This document shows, in pieces, positions 1 to 14,202 of a stretch of DNA of 64,000 bases. The notes beneath the pieces were generated by a model. That model was not told the origin of the DNA, did not search any database, and saw nothing but the letters and a program-made list of their open reading frames with translations. Source of the DNA: Klebsormidium nitens (lineage: Eukaryota; Plantae; Klebsormidiophyceae); NCBI GenBank assembly GCA_000708835.1, contig DF237205.1, positions 1-64,000 of the forward strand, read 5' to 3'. A program made the position numbers and the translations under genes. Positions within the stretch are counted from its first letter, which is position 1. The number at the start of each line of letters is the position of its first letter.

Positions 1-3000
1 ATACACCAATCCACTCAGCCACAAGTTCCACGCTGGTTTTTGTTGTCGCCCACTAATTTGCTGCCTCACGGAAAGTGGCGGAGCAAATGGTGAGAAAACG
101 GAAGCAATGAAAATCGAGTGGCATCACTGGAAACGGACTCGAAGCGATCTGGGTTGGACTCATAGCCAGACGCAGCTTTGACGATCATAGCCAGCAGGAA
201 GACTCGTCCAAACACAGCGGAGTATCTATGTGACGACTTCCGACTGTAGCAGCCGGATAAGACTTGTGGCGATAAGCCGGCGGTCCGAGAGGACTTTTCT
301 ATCACTCAACGCTTTGTCAGTTTGATCATGCCACTTGAAATTCAACGGTTGGAAATTCCAGATTCTGCCAAGTTGATGCAGAATGAGTTTGGCTCTAGGG
401 CCGCAGCAATCTCTGAGATCTACCATCTCAAACGTTCGAATCAAAGCGCGAGGTGGACGGCGCCCTCACATCGTCAAGTTTCATTACCACGTGTTTGCCG
501 AAACAAGAAGACTTCGAGTCGACGAAGGTTGAAGATGTCAACCCCTTCGCTTTTAAGTAGTCTGCCTTTTCTAAAGGCTTGCAACCACATGTCCGGCGCT
601 GTAAAACAGGCTGTACTTTTGTACATAATGCGCATGGGCTTTCAATTAGATAAACAGGCAAACGGGTCACGAAGCGCGGAATTTGAAGGGCGTAGTGGTT
701 CACGAATATCGAGCTATAGAAAGGTAAGCAGCACGCTGTAAACTTTGAATGCCGCAAACACGGTCGGATACGAAGAAACAAGTGACGTTCATCATGCGGT
801 TAAAAACACCAGATTGGCCATGTCTCCTCATTCGGTTTTTTGAAGTCGCTCAATTACAAAGACGAACGTACAGCATGGTTGCAGATCAAGCGGGGAGTAG
901 TACTGCTGGCATCTTCCTTGAGTGACATAGCCGCTTTTGGAACAGAATCTGTCTCAGATGAGCCAAGGGCAGCTTTCGCAATTACAGCCAGCATGAAGAC
1001 GAGGTATGTGGATACGGAGCCCCGATACCCTGAAAATTTTTCATTACAGCGGCGGAAGCCAATTATATATATACAATCAGGACGGCGCTTTGGCTCAGGA
1101 AGTCGACATACTGCCAATGAGACCTACCATCTCAAGTCGTATAAAATCATAGCCTTAACCGAGGCAAAGCTTGCAAACAGCTAGCACAGGTTAAGCTTCG
1201 ATCTGTAGGACGATGCGTACCGCTAGCCTGTTTTTATCGAGGGCTTGCAACGATATAGCCGCTACGAACACCACACGCTATAAGTGTCAGCGCGGCGCGT
1301 TACAAAGGTGCATAGCTGTACAAATGGCATTACGCGTAAGGGTAAGGCTGGTCTTGGAAGGGAGAGCATCACTTCAAAGCTTGCAAAACATGGCAAGAAA
1401 GCTTGCTGCAAACGTGTTAACAAGAACAAAGAAACAAAATATCGATAACCCATCCGAATCATAAAAAGGAACGCCAAAAATGAGCTAATCAAACGCTTAG
1501 GATGGGTGGCGTTCAGGTTCGTGGGCGAGGTTCCTAGTTGATCAACGTTAGGAAACCGCTCTGAGGTCATTGGTGGTTCCAAGGAATACATGGGAATCTG
1601 CTTTGATTAACATCAATCAACTAAGCAAGACTACAACTGGCTTTGAAAGAGGGCGCGCGCATCAGAGGCTGTATGAGCACCATATTATCAGCCGAAAGTG
1701 CGATCGACTTCATATATAGCCTTGACATGAAGTAGAAGTCTATCGAGTAACTCTGGGCGAATCAAAGAGCTAGAAAGCAGAAAACTTCGAAAACCAGAGG
1801 CCGTACTCGGAAACAGTGGCTGCATATTTCCAGCCTGCCAAGAAGTGTACGCTAAGTTCCGCTTGGCGCCAAGCAACAGCTTGGCGAAAAGTATATTATG
1901 CGCAATATATGTACTCCGGCGGCTACTATCTTCGATTTCTTCATGCTGCCTGGAATATTGTCAGTGAAATGACCACGTGTTGAAAGAAGCGAAGCTGGCC
2001 GGCGGCCATGTTTGGCTGCCGTGCCAGAGCTTCCCAACCAATCGGCTTTGAAACATTCACTTAATGCGCAAAACTCGGGGACTTGCATCACTCTGGACGG
2101 CAATCTGGCTCAATAAACCAAAAAGCAACTTCTTTTGAGAACGACACCTCAGATTGTTGATGATCACAGCCTGAACTTTGTCCGGCAAGAAACAAAACAG
2201 ACGTTTGGAATGACGAGAACTTCTCTTAAGAGACAAAATACGTGATGCTCAACCTTTCCGCCTCCCTATTCCTGCCTTCTTTGAACGCTTGCAAAGCAGC
2301 ACAACCCACCAACCCATAATGTGAGTCGGAAGCAAGGAGGTGCGAAGTCTGGACAAGGCGTCACGCGAATCACAAGCTGTACAATGGTGAAGTGCAATCG
2401 GAAAGCAATCCTGCAACAATAACTAATTAGCAATGAAGGGAACCAACAAAGGATCCGAATCCTTGCGAATGTTCCTCAAGGGCAGGTGTTGCAGCTTGCA
2501 CAGATCGCGGTTGGCAGCGCATCAACTACCGTAGCTGGTTGACAGAGCTCGCAGTCTCCGTTCATGTCACAGAGTCAGAAATAAGTAGTGACGCTTTTCA
2601 TAAATTCCAAGCATGACTGTGGGCTTCGCACCAATGACGCGCTGGGTTATAATGCTGCCCCAGCTGTTGCCATCATCCTAGCTTTTCCCAAAAAAGTGAG
2701 AAGTTTTCAAATCACAAGAAGAGCAGGAAAGCAGAGGAGGCGAGCACGGGTCGATGGAAGGGTTCAATTCCACAAAATCCTAGAAGAGTATGATTTGACG
2801 GCTGGTCGTTCCAGCGCGCTGGTCTGATAGACGCGTCTCGCGTCTCAGCGACTCTATCTAACGACTTGAAATAAAATCGAAGGCAAAGCGCCTGAGAGCG
2901 CCAAGTAGTTGTAGAAACGCTCTTCTGGGCTTGCTTTCTTGGATCGGCGGACGCGTCGCTGACACAGCGAACAGAAATTCACTTCCACGAAACAGCTTCT

Positions 3001-6000
3001 GCCCATTCAAAGTTCCCGCATGCATGCGTATGAAATGCCTTCCTTGTCTAGATCGATATGATTGACGTAAGCACTAGCCAAGAACGTCATCAATGAGACA
3101 GGATTTTGAGGCTTACTTCACTTCGCTGTCAAAGAGCAGACCAGTTTGCGCAACATGGTTCACAGACTGAGGTTGAATCCTACTGACGACAACCACTGAC
3201 AGCCAGTCGCGTTTGGATCGGGGCACGTTCAGAATCACGTTCGACCGTATCTACGTTTAGTCTCTTGGACTGCACCAGATTTACAAAGGGGACGATATCC
3301 CAGGATGGCCTTCTCCTCAGCTTCACTTCGTTGCCCACCAGAAAGGTTTTGGAGCGAATAGGCTGAGTACGCACGCAAAGCTTAAAACTCGAGCCTTGGC
3401 GTCATTGTCCGTCAAAATGCATTTAGGCACAGATTCTGCCCACGCAGCTTCCGCAATCATAGCCAGCAGAGAAATGCAGTGCATAGTGCTCCATCCAATA
3501 CGAGCCATTCCTGCGAATGCATCCAGTCGGCGGCAAAAAACCTCAAACAGTATAGCAAGCGGGCGCACTGAAGCGAAACTGTTTGATTAGTGTGCAGTTT
3601 CTGGTCGTGGCGACAAAATATTAGAGCTTCAGTTTGTAAAGCTCAGACAGGATGGTGACAAAGCTTCGGCTCAAACAGTTGAAGCGGGCGCTGAGATCTA
3701 TCATCTCAACGGCCGGCATAAGATCACGCCCTTGAATTTCAAAAGAATCCAACGTGTTGCAAATGGACTCAGGAACCGACAATGGTCCAAGCTGGCACTA
3801 ATTCGTACTGATACTGCTCGCGTTTGCCTGCCTTCTGTAGGTGCCTGCAGCCATAGCGATCGAACTTTGCATTTTGGTGCATGTTTATTTGAATTTGATT
3901 GAAGAGATGCATAGCTGCACCGTAACGGAACTGTTGAGCGGACACCTGAGGCTGGTGTTGCACGACGACGAAAACAGACGGAAACTAAGAACTACTAGAA
4001 CTACTGCAAAGGCTCTCGGGCGAATATTAGGAATAAGGGACTCGAATCAGTCATTATGGATCCCGCAAACAGAGGTATCTCTGAATCCTAGGAACTGTCG
4101 CCCGTGGGCATACATAAACAGAGTCCTGTGCGTTGCCTGAGCTCCTCCAATGGATCTTGGGTCTAAAGCAGCACATAATCTGAACAAAATGAGTGAAGCA
4201 CAAGTACTACGAGTAGCTTCAGACAGCGTACACGATTTCAGAATGGACGCAATTGACGCCCAGACCCTTCTGGATCTATCCAGCGGGCCATCGCCTCATA
4301 GCCTCGACGTTCGAAGATTCTACAGAGGATTTGTTGGGCGAAAGGAAAAGTGGGTTCAGCCACGACCCACAATCAGGTTTGACAGTGCGTTTCGGAGTTG
4401 CTTTAAAGCGTTCGCTTCCTCAGCGGCCTTCGCCTTCCGGCCCGCGCTTAGACTTGAGACTGGCTTGTCGACGTATACGGGGGGCGGTTACTGACTGCTG
4501 CTAGAGCGCGACTATTGTTTCCGCAGGGTAACCTTGCTTGCAACCCTAGGCTCTAAGAACACGACATCAATCAAAGTTGACGGAAGACCACGCATGAAAG
4601 CACATTCAGGACCGGCAGAAGGGGGCGTGCGCAACACGGCACTGGGTCTCATTCAGACATGGACGGAAACTAGCATGGGTTATCAAGGTGCCCAAACTCG
4701 TCATTCTAGCCTTGTAAAGAAGTTAAAAACCATTTGCAAGTGATATATGAAAAGAGCAGGAAAGCGGAGTAAGTGGGCGCTTGTCACTCCAAGCGTTTGA
4801 CTCCATGAAGACGCTTTTGAACACTTCAAGAAAGTCTTCATTTCCAGATCTGACGACTGGTCGCTTCAGCAATGGGTCGACAGGCGCGTATCAACTCGTA
4901 AAGGTCTGAGCGGCAAATGTGACCAGTACGAAGACTACACGCGAGAGACTTGATTCGTGAAGGACGCTGTTTTGGGTTCCTTCGTCGACATGGCGGGCGC
5001 ATCGTCGAAAATGCAAACGGGAGTCCATTTCTTTAGTGCGGCTTCTGAGATTCCATTGTCTTTTTGCCGCTGAAAGAAAGCGCCTCTGCTTTGTGTACTT
5101 ATTATGATTGACGTCAGCTCAAAACTAGGAAAATCGAGGCGTCAGGATCATCAAGTCCTTACAGCTTTGGTTGGCTGCGATGTTTTCAGCCAAATGCAAC
5201 AAGCTTCACAGCCTACGTCTAAGGTTCAAAGACTCAGCTATCGACGACTACCATGATCAGCAATGACAGCCGATCGCTTTTGATCAGGCACGGTATTCAG
5301 GTTCGACTACAGACTCCAGACTGCACTTAACCTACTCAAAACTTTCTCACAATGGTTCTGGTAAACAACTTGAACCCAGTCTGCTGACCCACGCAAGAAA
5401 CGGAGCAAACGTTGCAAGAAAGAGAGCAATATAGAATCGAGAGGCCTCAACTGCCCCTTGTTCAGGGAGCGATCTGGGTTGGACGCCCATAACCAGAGAC
5501 AGCTTTAGCGGTCACAGCCAACAGAGATATGCAGAATTTTTGAATCCAGATTCAGCAAACTTGGTATAAAACTTTCGGAACCGTAGAAGCCGGCGGTCAG
5601 GAGGACTCATCTGTCGGCGAACTCTTTCTTCGTATGATGCCATTTAATTTCAACGGTTGGAAAGCCCAGAAGGAGTCAAAACGACGCAAAATCGCATTGG
5701 CTCAGGGGCGCAAATATTGCTGAGATCTACCATCTCAAACGTTCATATCACAGCCCTCTAACTTCAACAAGTATTTATTGCCAGGTGTTTGCCGAAACAA
5801 TAGCACTCAGAAGAAGGTTCGATTTGTCAACCACTTCGTACCGCTAGCAGCTAGCCTGCCTTCTCTTGCGAGCATAGTATAGCCGGCGCTAGTTGCAAAG
5901 TAGCCTGTACTATTTCACGATAAGGCTTGGGCTTTCAACTGGAGTGAGCGCAGGTTGAGGCAGTGGTTCCAAAAAGGCGAGCAGCACGGTGTCCTTTCTA

Positions 6001-9000
6001 GCTGCCTAAACATGGTCGGATACAAAAAAAATATGTGACTTCTAGAATCAGTCCCAGATCAGAAGGTGGCACAGAGGGATCGAAAGTACGTCTTGTTGGC
6101 TTGATTATGGAGATCTGGGCATAGGCACTGACACCAGCCACCAATCTTAGCCTCTGCTTTGCTGAGCTTTGACGTCGGGGTTTGATATCGATTCTTTCGG
6201 AGGGGCACAAGGCTGGTCTTGGTGAATGGATGACTTCACGAGAATGGGCTTCAGTCAACGCACAGTTCGCCGCGTGGGCGATGGATACTCTGACATGCCC
6301 AACGTGCTGTTGCCGTCATAGCCTTTGACGCCGGCAGAGACTCTCCGATCTGTCTGCAGGAAAACGACAATATAGGCCTAACTTTGGGCTATTTCGTGGG
6401 CCGACTGACACGCGACGTTTGCAAAGAAAAAACGTTCGACAGTCCGAGTAAATACGTGAGGTCGACCTTCTTGATGCCTTGCCTGCCCTTAAAACTTAAA
6501 CGCTTGCAAACAGTACCCACGGTTGATGCTTGACCATTCAAATTACAATTGACGTGATCGGATGCAGAACGTAGACAAGGCCGGCCGGGCCAAGCCTGGC
6601 AAAAAGCATTGACTGAGACGAGGGAACGGCAAGTCAAAAGCGATACAAGTCTGGGCTATAACCGCGCAGCTTTTTTGATGAAGCCCAAATAAGGACGAGT
6701 GTTGTCGAAACCATAAACGAGTGTCCTCAAGAGCTCGTCATTAAGAACAAACTGACTACTAATAGCGATTCTTGTCAGCTGCGGCATCACGATGGACAAT
6801 ATTGGTACTCAAATGTACCGGACCTCGAAACCTCCTTGCGGGGGAAAAGGCTGAGCCTGAAGTTGAAGTAGTAAACCTTCTCAAGAGCTGTACAAAAGGA
6901 CAATGGCCTCAGCTCAGAGATGATGAACTCGCTTGGGTTTCTCACGCTACCCCAGCTGCCGCCGCACATCCTAGCCTTGAGCAACCTGATAATCATCACG
7001 AGTTGCAAGTGGCAAGAAGAGCACGAAGCAGAAAGAGCAAGCGCTCGTCAACCAGAGAGTTCGAGTCCATCAAGAGACTTCCGCGTGCTTTCAAACTCTA
7101 TTTCAGAGCACTATAATTTGACGGCTGTTCGTCTCTGCACTGCTCGAAAAGCGCGCACTGTCAACCGGAGCATTCTGCTCGGGCTAGCTATCCGTGGTCA
7201 ATACGGAAACCATGAGAAAGCGCCAGTCGTAAGAGCGTCTTCTGAGCCACTTTCCTGGATTGGGGGATGCCGATGTCGATCCAAAAGGGAATCAGCTTAT
7301 TCAATCAGGTTTTTGCGCTTTCGCAGTTCCCCGCATGTAGACCATGCCTTCTTCACTGCTTACATGGATATATTGACGTAAGATCAGACTACGAAGGCCA
7401 AGCTGCCAAAGAGTATTCAGCCTCTTTCGTCTGTTTCACCAATTATTTGATCACGGTCAGCCCCAGACTGCACCATAGTCACGCTGTCGAAAGTTCCAGA
7501 TGGCACTGTCGTCATATGCTCCACGTGCCCAAACCTCGAAACAGTAACGGATCGAAAGGTGCGATTACGAACACAGTTCTAGATCTAGTGGCATCACTAC
7601 CCAACAATCTTGAAGATATCTAGATCTGGGATAGACTCCATGCAAGACTCATGGGCTTCAGTGATCACAGCCAGCACGGAGATGCAAGATCCTTGAATCC
7701 AGAGACAGCAAAATTGATTGAAAGTTTCCGACCGCAGCAACCGGAAAAGACTCAGGGCGTTAAGTCAGCGGTGGGAAGCAAATCTTCTGTTAGCAAAGTC
7801 TACATGGTGGCAGTCAGTGCTCAAAGATTGAAAGCCCTGAAAGACGTAAGACGACGCTTTGGCTCCGTGACACCGTGACATGATCCGATGAGATATACCG
7901 TCTCAACCGTGTGAATCACAGCCTTTACCTCGTCATAGTTGGTATCATGTATTTGCAGTCAGAAGAGCACTCGACAGGTTCCAGCTGTCGACACTTTGAC
8001 TCCGAACCGCCAGCCTGCCTTCTCTAGTGGCTTCCAAGGCAAGCCGCTTGTCACGTTAGAAAAGAAGAGGTCTTGACTTTGATTGGCCGTTGATGCGGGA
8101 GTTTCAAAGAGAAGCGTAATCAGCTGCACAATTGACGTCAGGCGGGGAGTCAACCTTGGTTCCGCCAGGCGAGCTGCACCGGATTCGGCTTTCGTTGCCA
8201 CCATGGCCGAGTACGAAGGCACTGAGGACAAGGACGAATAACAGTGACTCGGAGAAGTCGAGACTACACTGCGGGTGTTTTTTGAGCAACTTGAACGGGC
8301 TTTAAAAACTGGCTGGGTCAGCTCCTTTGTAATCAGAGATTCATACTGGTCAAGAAAAACATTCCCTCTAGGCAACGTCGGCGAACCAACATCAGAAGTG
8401 GCTTCAGAAACGCTAGTTGCTCCCTTAGTCTGGGCATCTCTTTAACCCAACGTGCTATCGCCGTCACAGCCTTGACGTTCGAGGACTCTACAGACTGTTT
8501 ATGGGCGGAAGAAAAAGCGCAACCAACCAACCACCCACATTACGATCTGTGTGTCTCACCTTGCACCAGAAGCTTTTGCTCCTTTCGTTCTTCTCGCAGA
8601 CCGGCTATATCAGCGTCCAAGAAGATCACTGACTGGAACTCGGCCGTTGACAACGGTGTTTTCAAGGTAGTTCGATGCAAGCACAAAAACAGGGATACGC
8701 ACGGAAAACGAAAGACGAGCCTTTCGCTCCTCGCCGGGCAGCGAAAGGCGCACCTAGAGTGAACCACCTGTCGCATGCAGGTGCGAAAAGACGTGGGCTC
8801 CCACTCCGTATGCAATATTGACGGCTTAAATACTCCTCGAGCGCTTCAGCTAGCACCACCAAATGAATCAGCTTGGCAACTCCCCTGGATAAGAAAGTCG
8901 TGCCCGAGTCTATGCATGTTCTTTCTGCAAAAATCGAGAAGCGGCCCACTTGACAACACCAAGAGACGTTCTATGGGTTCATTTTAGCCACCACCTATTG

Positions 9001-9500
9001 GAGAGTGTCAATATTCCTGGCGTCATTCCGCGAGAGGCCTTAGTGGGTGATCCGATCCTAAGTACAATCGGCTCCACTCGTCGCCTAAGTCATTGCCTTT
9101 ACCTTTTGAAACGTACAGACATTTAAACTCGAAACGAGATATGCCCACCAGCCCCGGAAGAGTGTGGCAGGAAAAAGTCACAACCAAGACTCTATCCAGC
9201 ATCCAGCACGGCCGTATCCTGCCTTTTTAGAGGGTACATCTTGACAAACAGAAAACTGGTCTCACACTTAAAACGATGAAGTTAACGTGACCGGCCTTCG
9301 AACCGGCCAACGATTGACCGCTCGTCAGAAATCTTGTCTTCCCTGTCTTGTCAAGAACAGCTTGAGCAAAACCCAAATTAGAAAATCGAGCAGTTGCGTT
9401 GCAATAGAGGTCTTACATACCTGTTGCAGTATCCAGCACTGGGCCAATTCATCAATAATGCGGTTGCCCCTCGCTCGTTGACTCGTTTATTAATACCCTG
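1..9500 (-). pseudogene. Decayed tandem array (~2.1-kb units, at least 4-5 copies) of probable LRR / F-box-LRR-like genes
   Basis: The motif GAGA(T/C)(C/A)TA(C/T)C(A/G)TCTCAA recurs at ~412, 1118, 3693, 5721 and 7889. ATTGACGT in a shared context recurs at ~3061, 5106 and 7371. CA(T/C)AGCC-centred motifs recur at ~1714, 4295, 6316 and 8461. Minus-strand readings give FEMVDLRDCC / VEMIDLS / FEMVDLSNIC / VETVYLIGSC, LTSI(V/I)I, LAV(I/S), VFSGC and a weak F-box-like LPSTLIDVVF (~4590). All frames are broken by stops and frameshifts. The repeat structure is seen directly; family and strand are inferred. Confidence 0.45.
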
Positions 9501-11931
9501 CCAAAGCACCCTCACTTCGTGACTGCAACTCACGAATCATGCGGTACTTATGGCTGAAAAAAGACACCGACTGCTTTAGAACGTGGTTTCTGAGGCAATT
9601 GGTTCACAAACAACCCCTCCAAGGCCCAAGACAGTCGACAGTGACATTCACTCTTCGGCTCAAGCTGGAGAAGGAACTACCGCTGAGAAGCACCATCCCA
9701 GTTCGTTAGGCATCATCGCCTCGAATTCCCAGTTTTCGAGACAAGATCAAAACGAAGTGTTCGCAAAGACAAGAAAAAGGACAGTCGAATGATTGATGAT
9801 ACTCAACGTGTTCACTTGCCTGCCTTCGATTCTGCAAGCGATTACGAAGCAGCCTTCGAACCCAATCCAACCCCCAGACTGAACGACAGCGAAACTTACA
9901 TGCAAATTAGACATGCAAGGTGCCACGCAAACAGCAGCACCCGTTCTCTAAATTTAACTCATACAACATTGTAAACTGCAACTCATGAAACAATCTGTAT
10001 TCTTAGCATATTGGGAGAGAAGAGCAAAGCTTGGACAATCACGACTAGAGGGCCTCCGGCTCGAGGGCCTCACCATTGCAGCGCGCAAGCATTTTTAGCA
10101 GCGCTGCTTAATTCAGCACTTGGCGGAAGAATTGAATGGTCTTCTGATTAGCCGCAAATCAGTCGGAGGGGAGGAATGACCATTCTCATAGAGTTCGCAC
10201 GACGACATCAATCACGACGCTGCAAGTAACTCGTTGAGGTGTTGGTTATCCCCAGCCTGCCAAGCTATTATACCTTGTTCAAAGCTGACTGGTCTTGACC
10301 TTGTCGTCGGGAAAGCAGGTAGCGTTTGATTTCAAGGAGCGGCCTCAAGGCTCTTGACAACTAGCCTCTTATCGCCCAACGACTGGCACGACCGTCCTGG
10401 TCAGCGTGCGTGTCTACTGGCACATCTTGCACATGGGTGATGAGAAGTATTACAGCAGCAGACGGAAAGTACGTCCTTGCAAGGTGAGATTGACAGAGCA
10501 GCTACACCTGTTGCTCCATATCTGCGCAGCCAAATCGTGCGGATCGCATCCGCAAAACAAAGTCGATGCAAAACAAAGTCGACGGACTGTGGAGCACGGA
10601 AATGTTGCTCCTTTCCGCTTGATTAACCTCCCAAATCAGTCAAACCGGTTTCCGGAGTATCCAGTCAATTTGAACTTTGACCCAATCTGAGAGTGGTGCG
10701 CTTGGACTGGACCGTCAGTCAGCAAGTTGGATCCTACTTAGAAACACCCCGGAAAAATGTCATCCGGAATCCTCCACGTGTCTGAATTATGCAAAAGGGC
10801 ATCTCTTATTAAGCCTGGCATCCCATAGCTTCATGAATTGCAACCTTAGGCCGTACTGCGGAACGTCCGATCCAATCAGAACGAAAGCTCCTTGGCCAGT
10901 GAATACCCTCGACATACAAGCAAGAAGCACAACACCACCTACAGCTCAACCGTTGTGAATAATGGAGTGGCAACCCTCGGAAAACGTTTGAGTCATCGGG
11001 AATGAAGACTACTCGGACCATACCGTCGATTTGGATCTTAGGCAACCGACCTCAGCTCGGGAGATTGGTAAACTCAAAACGGCTCTCAAATTGCCATATC
11101 AGAGAAGTCTTGGGGCCAATCAACCCCAGTCCTTGCCGAGAATCATAGCCTGGTAAATGGTGGTCAATACATGAGGTGCCTTATCCAAAAGGCACCCCGG
11201 ACGTTGTATGCACATTGCATCTCTTTATCGCTCGACTGACCGTCCATGCAGGATTGGTCAGGAAAAGTAAAGTCTGAAAACTGGTATGTCTAGAATCCGC
11301 GTATAAGTAGCTGGAACAAAGCTGTGCAACAAACAATCAGCGCTCGTAACCTGGTTGCTCTACTGTACCAGACTTGATTCCTAGGTTTAGAAGGAAACCT
11401 GCCGCCTGTATGAGTTGCGTCCGGTCTGTAAAGAGATCGAGACTAAAAGTGGCCTCAGAAAGAATAGCGCCAGATCTCGATTCGGCATCTTCCATCCCGA
11501 CATGCTATCAACGTCATGGCCTGACGTCGGACGGAGACTTTCTTGACTGTCTGTTGGCAAAATACAACGCGGAGCCAGCCCAAACCGGCCGCCCGGAACC
11601 CGAAAAGGACTCGAGCTGGTGCATGTTGCATGGCAGACCCTCACACATCCGCTTGGCTCCGAGCACCAGGTCAGCACAAGGTGAGCGGTAGCCTGCTCAT
11701 GCGTTAACTTCTAATATACCTCGCTACCGTCCAGTCCGGTCATGCTCCAATCTGTACAGGCAAGTGACCACGAGTTGACCACTAAGAAATTAAGGGATCG
11801 AGCCTGCCTGGCGGCATGGCATCACGCTGATCGGCTGCCGTTCTGCTTACTGACCGACTGAAAATCAGGCAAGTCCAACACTGTCAGAACGGAAGGAGGG
11901 AGAACGTGGACTCCCGAGCCTATGTTGAGAA

Positions 11932-12036
11932 CCCCTCCTAGCTATAACCCTCCACGATCGACCTCCGATCCACGGTCCAAGTTGATCTGATCTAGTAATT
12001 TTGACCGTCGATCGAAGAGCTTATAGTCGAAGGGGG
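11932..12036. repeat. Small imperfect inverted repeat (hairpin, possible MITE remnant)
   Basis: CCCCTCCTAGCTATAACCCTCCACGATCGAC (11932-11962) pairs imperfectly with GTCGATCGAAGAGCTTATAGTCGAAGGGGG (12007-12036). Confidence 0.45.
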
Positions 12037-14202
12037 TCCCCAGGGAGTCCCCCGGGAGTCCCTGTTCTCCTCCCGTCCGTTTTGTCAGGACGACACTTCG
12101 GCTCACAAACCGGAAACACATCTTTCTGAGAAGTACCTTCTCAGTTTGTTGACAATCGTAGCCCGAGACTCATCCGGAACGAATCAAAACGCGATGCTCA
12201 AGCCAAAAAGGAGAAATAGGCAGAGGACGTACTAGCTGACAAGCAGCAGCTCGTGATCTCTCCTGTCCTCGACGCTGTCCTTCACTCTGCGCTTGCAAAG
12301 CAGCAACCACAACTGAACCAAGACCAAGTCATTGAAAAGTTGCTGTCCTGATGCAATGTACCGTACCTGTACACAAAGTATCATGCGGCGATGCGATGAT
12401 GCTTGACCTTCAACGACCATAGCAGAATCCTGCAACCACGACTGAGTAGCATACTAAAAGGGAGACAAAACAAGGAAAAGTGGAGTGCCCGCAAGAGCCC
12501 CTCGGTTCCAGGCCGTTGCACTTTGCAAAGACCGCGTTGACACCGCGTCAACAAGCACTTGAGTCGGCCGACGCAGATTCCGGACCTTCAGTGATTTTCT
12601 CGCAGGAGCAGAAACAACCAGTGAGCGTTCTCATAGCAGATGGCGGCCGCCGCCGCAACATGACGTTTGGCCTCAGTCAAAACGGAGCTTGATTTGGGTT
12701 AAGACTGTACCCAAGCTGCGGCGCCATCATCCTGGCCTTTTGAGAAAGTCCTTAAGACCGTGCAAATGAACCAATGTACAGAGAAGGAAAACAGCAAAGC
12801 AGGAAGCAGGGACAGCAAACAACAGTAGCCCAAGGGGTTGACTCCTTAACATGTGGCCCCGGGTCTCTTGAGTTGCGCTCAGGATGATAGACCCAGATCC
12901 CACGGCTGGCCGGTCCAGTGATTGAGGCGCCGTGGAGATTCCAGTAGAAAGTGAGGCGCTGGAAGAGACGAGTCCAAATATCGAATATATCCACGTACCA
13001 TGTTTTGCAAAGAAACTCGCGACGCGGCATCAAACTTCATACTCCACGTCAGTACAGCAAAACGTAGAACGGGAATGAAGCTCTGTCCAGATCGTGCAAT
13101 TTCACCTCGTGAACATTCCTGAGTGCAGATTCCTGACTGAAAATTTCAGCAACAGTAAGCTTGACGTACTATTGCCGACTTCAACGGACAGTAACGATCC
13201 AATCTCGCACACTTCACGATCCAAAAGCAAGATAGTGCGCTTCGATGGTTGTCAGACAGTCAGTCCGACGAAGTCCGATCGGCAAATTCACCGTGATTGG
13301 AATCAAAGGGATCCTTCACACAATCAAAGGACCTATCATGCAACGCCGACGGGCACCTTTAAACAAGCTCAGCACATGAGGAATGTTAACGTACAAAGGC
13401 GCTCCTTTCTAAGTAGCTTTGACACACGAGGTTTAGCAGAAAGAAGTGACGCCCCGCTGTTGCCGCAAACGCGTTATATCGTTGCGGAGAAGTGACGGGG
13501 AGACTTGCATACTAGCTTGGTAAGACATTTGCCGCGAGATGTTGAAAGGATTGACCTCGCCGATAACATCCAAGGTCACGAAGCCATAGCCTGAAATTAG
13601 TACTGGGCTCTTAAAAATAAGAGACAGGACAACTGGGCGATGTCAGACCCCCAGTCCTTCTGAATAATCACAGCCTCTCGGTAGACTCGGATGCTGGCCC
13701 TAGATAGCGCCCGAAAAAGATAGGAGACCGTTAGGACCAGGACAATCTCTGCGCTGGCAACTAATGCTCAAAGTGCAAACTGGACATGCACAAGTGACTG
13801 AACTGTGAGGTCGCGGTGCGACGTCGATTTGCTGGTTACCAGGACTAACAAGCATCATCACTCCGCTTGCAATATGATTGGGACAAGAACACAGCGAACG
13901 ACGCAAAGCAGAAGCTTACGAAGCTTGGACAACTCCTTGCACGCCATGCTTGAAGGACAATATGCGATTTACCAGTCATACCGAATCTTGCCACAATGCA
14001 ATGGAGGAGGCACACGAACGGAATAATGTGATTACTCTCCAGCCTCGTACAGGTCAATGACCGTCTTTTCAAGTCCTCTTCTCAAGTACCTTCTAAACCT
14101 GTCCAGGGCAACGCAGCAACACGCAACACGTCAACTCGCTTACTGGCTACCCAAGAACACGTCCCCAGCTGACACGTGGCAGGCATCAACACAACAACTC
14201 GC

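Noticed and set aside
10400-13500. Assorted ORF fragments, possibly a decayed transposon or more LRR relics
   Set aside because: No transposase, RT or integrase motif could be read.
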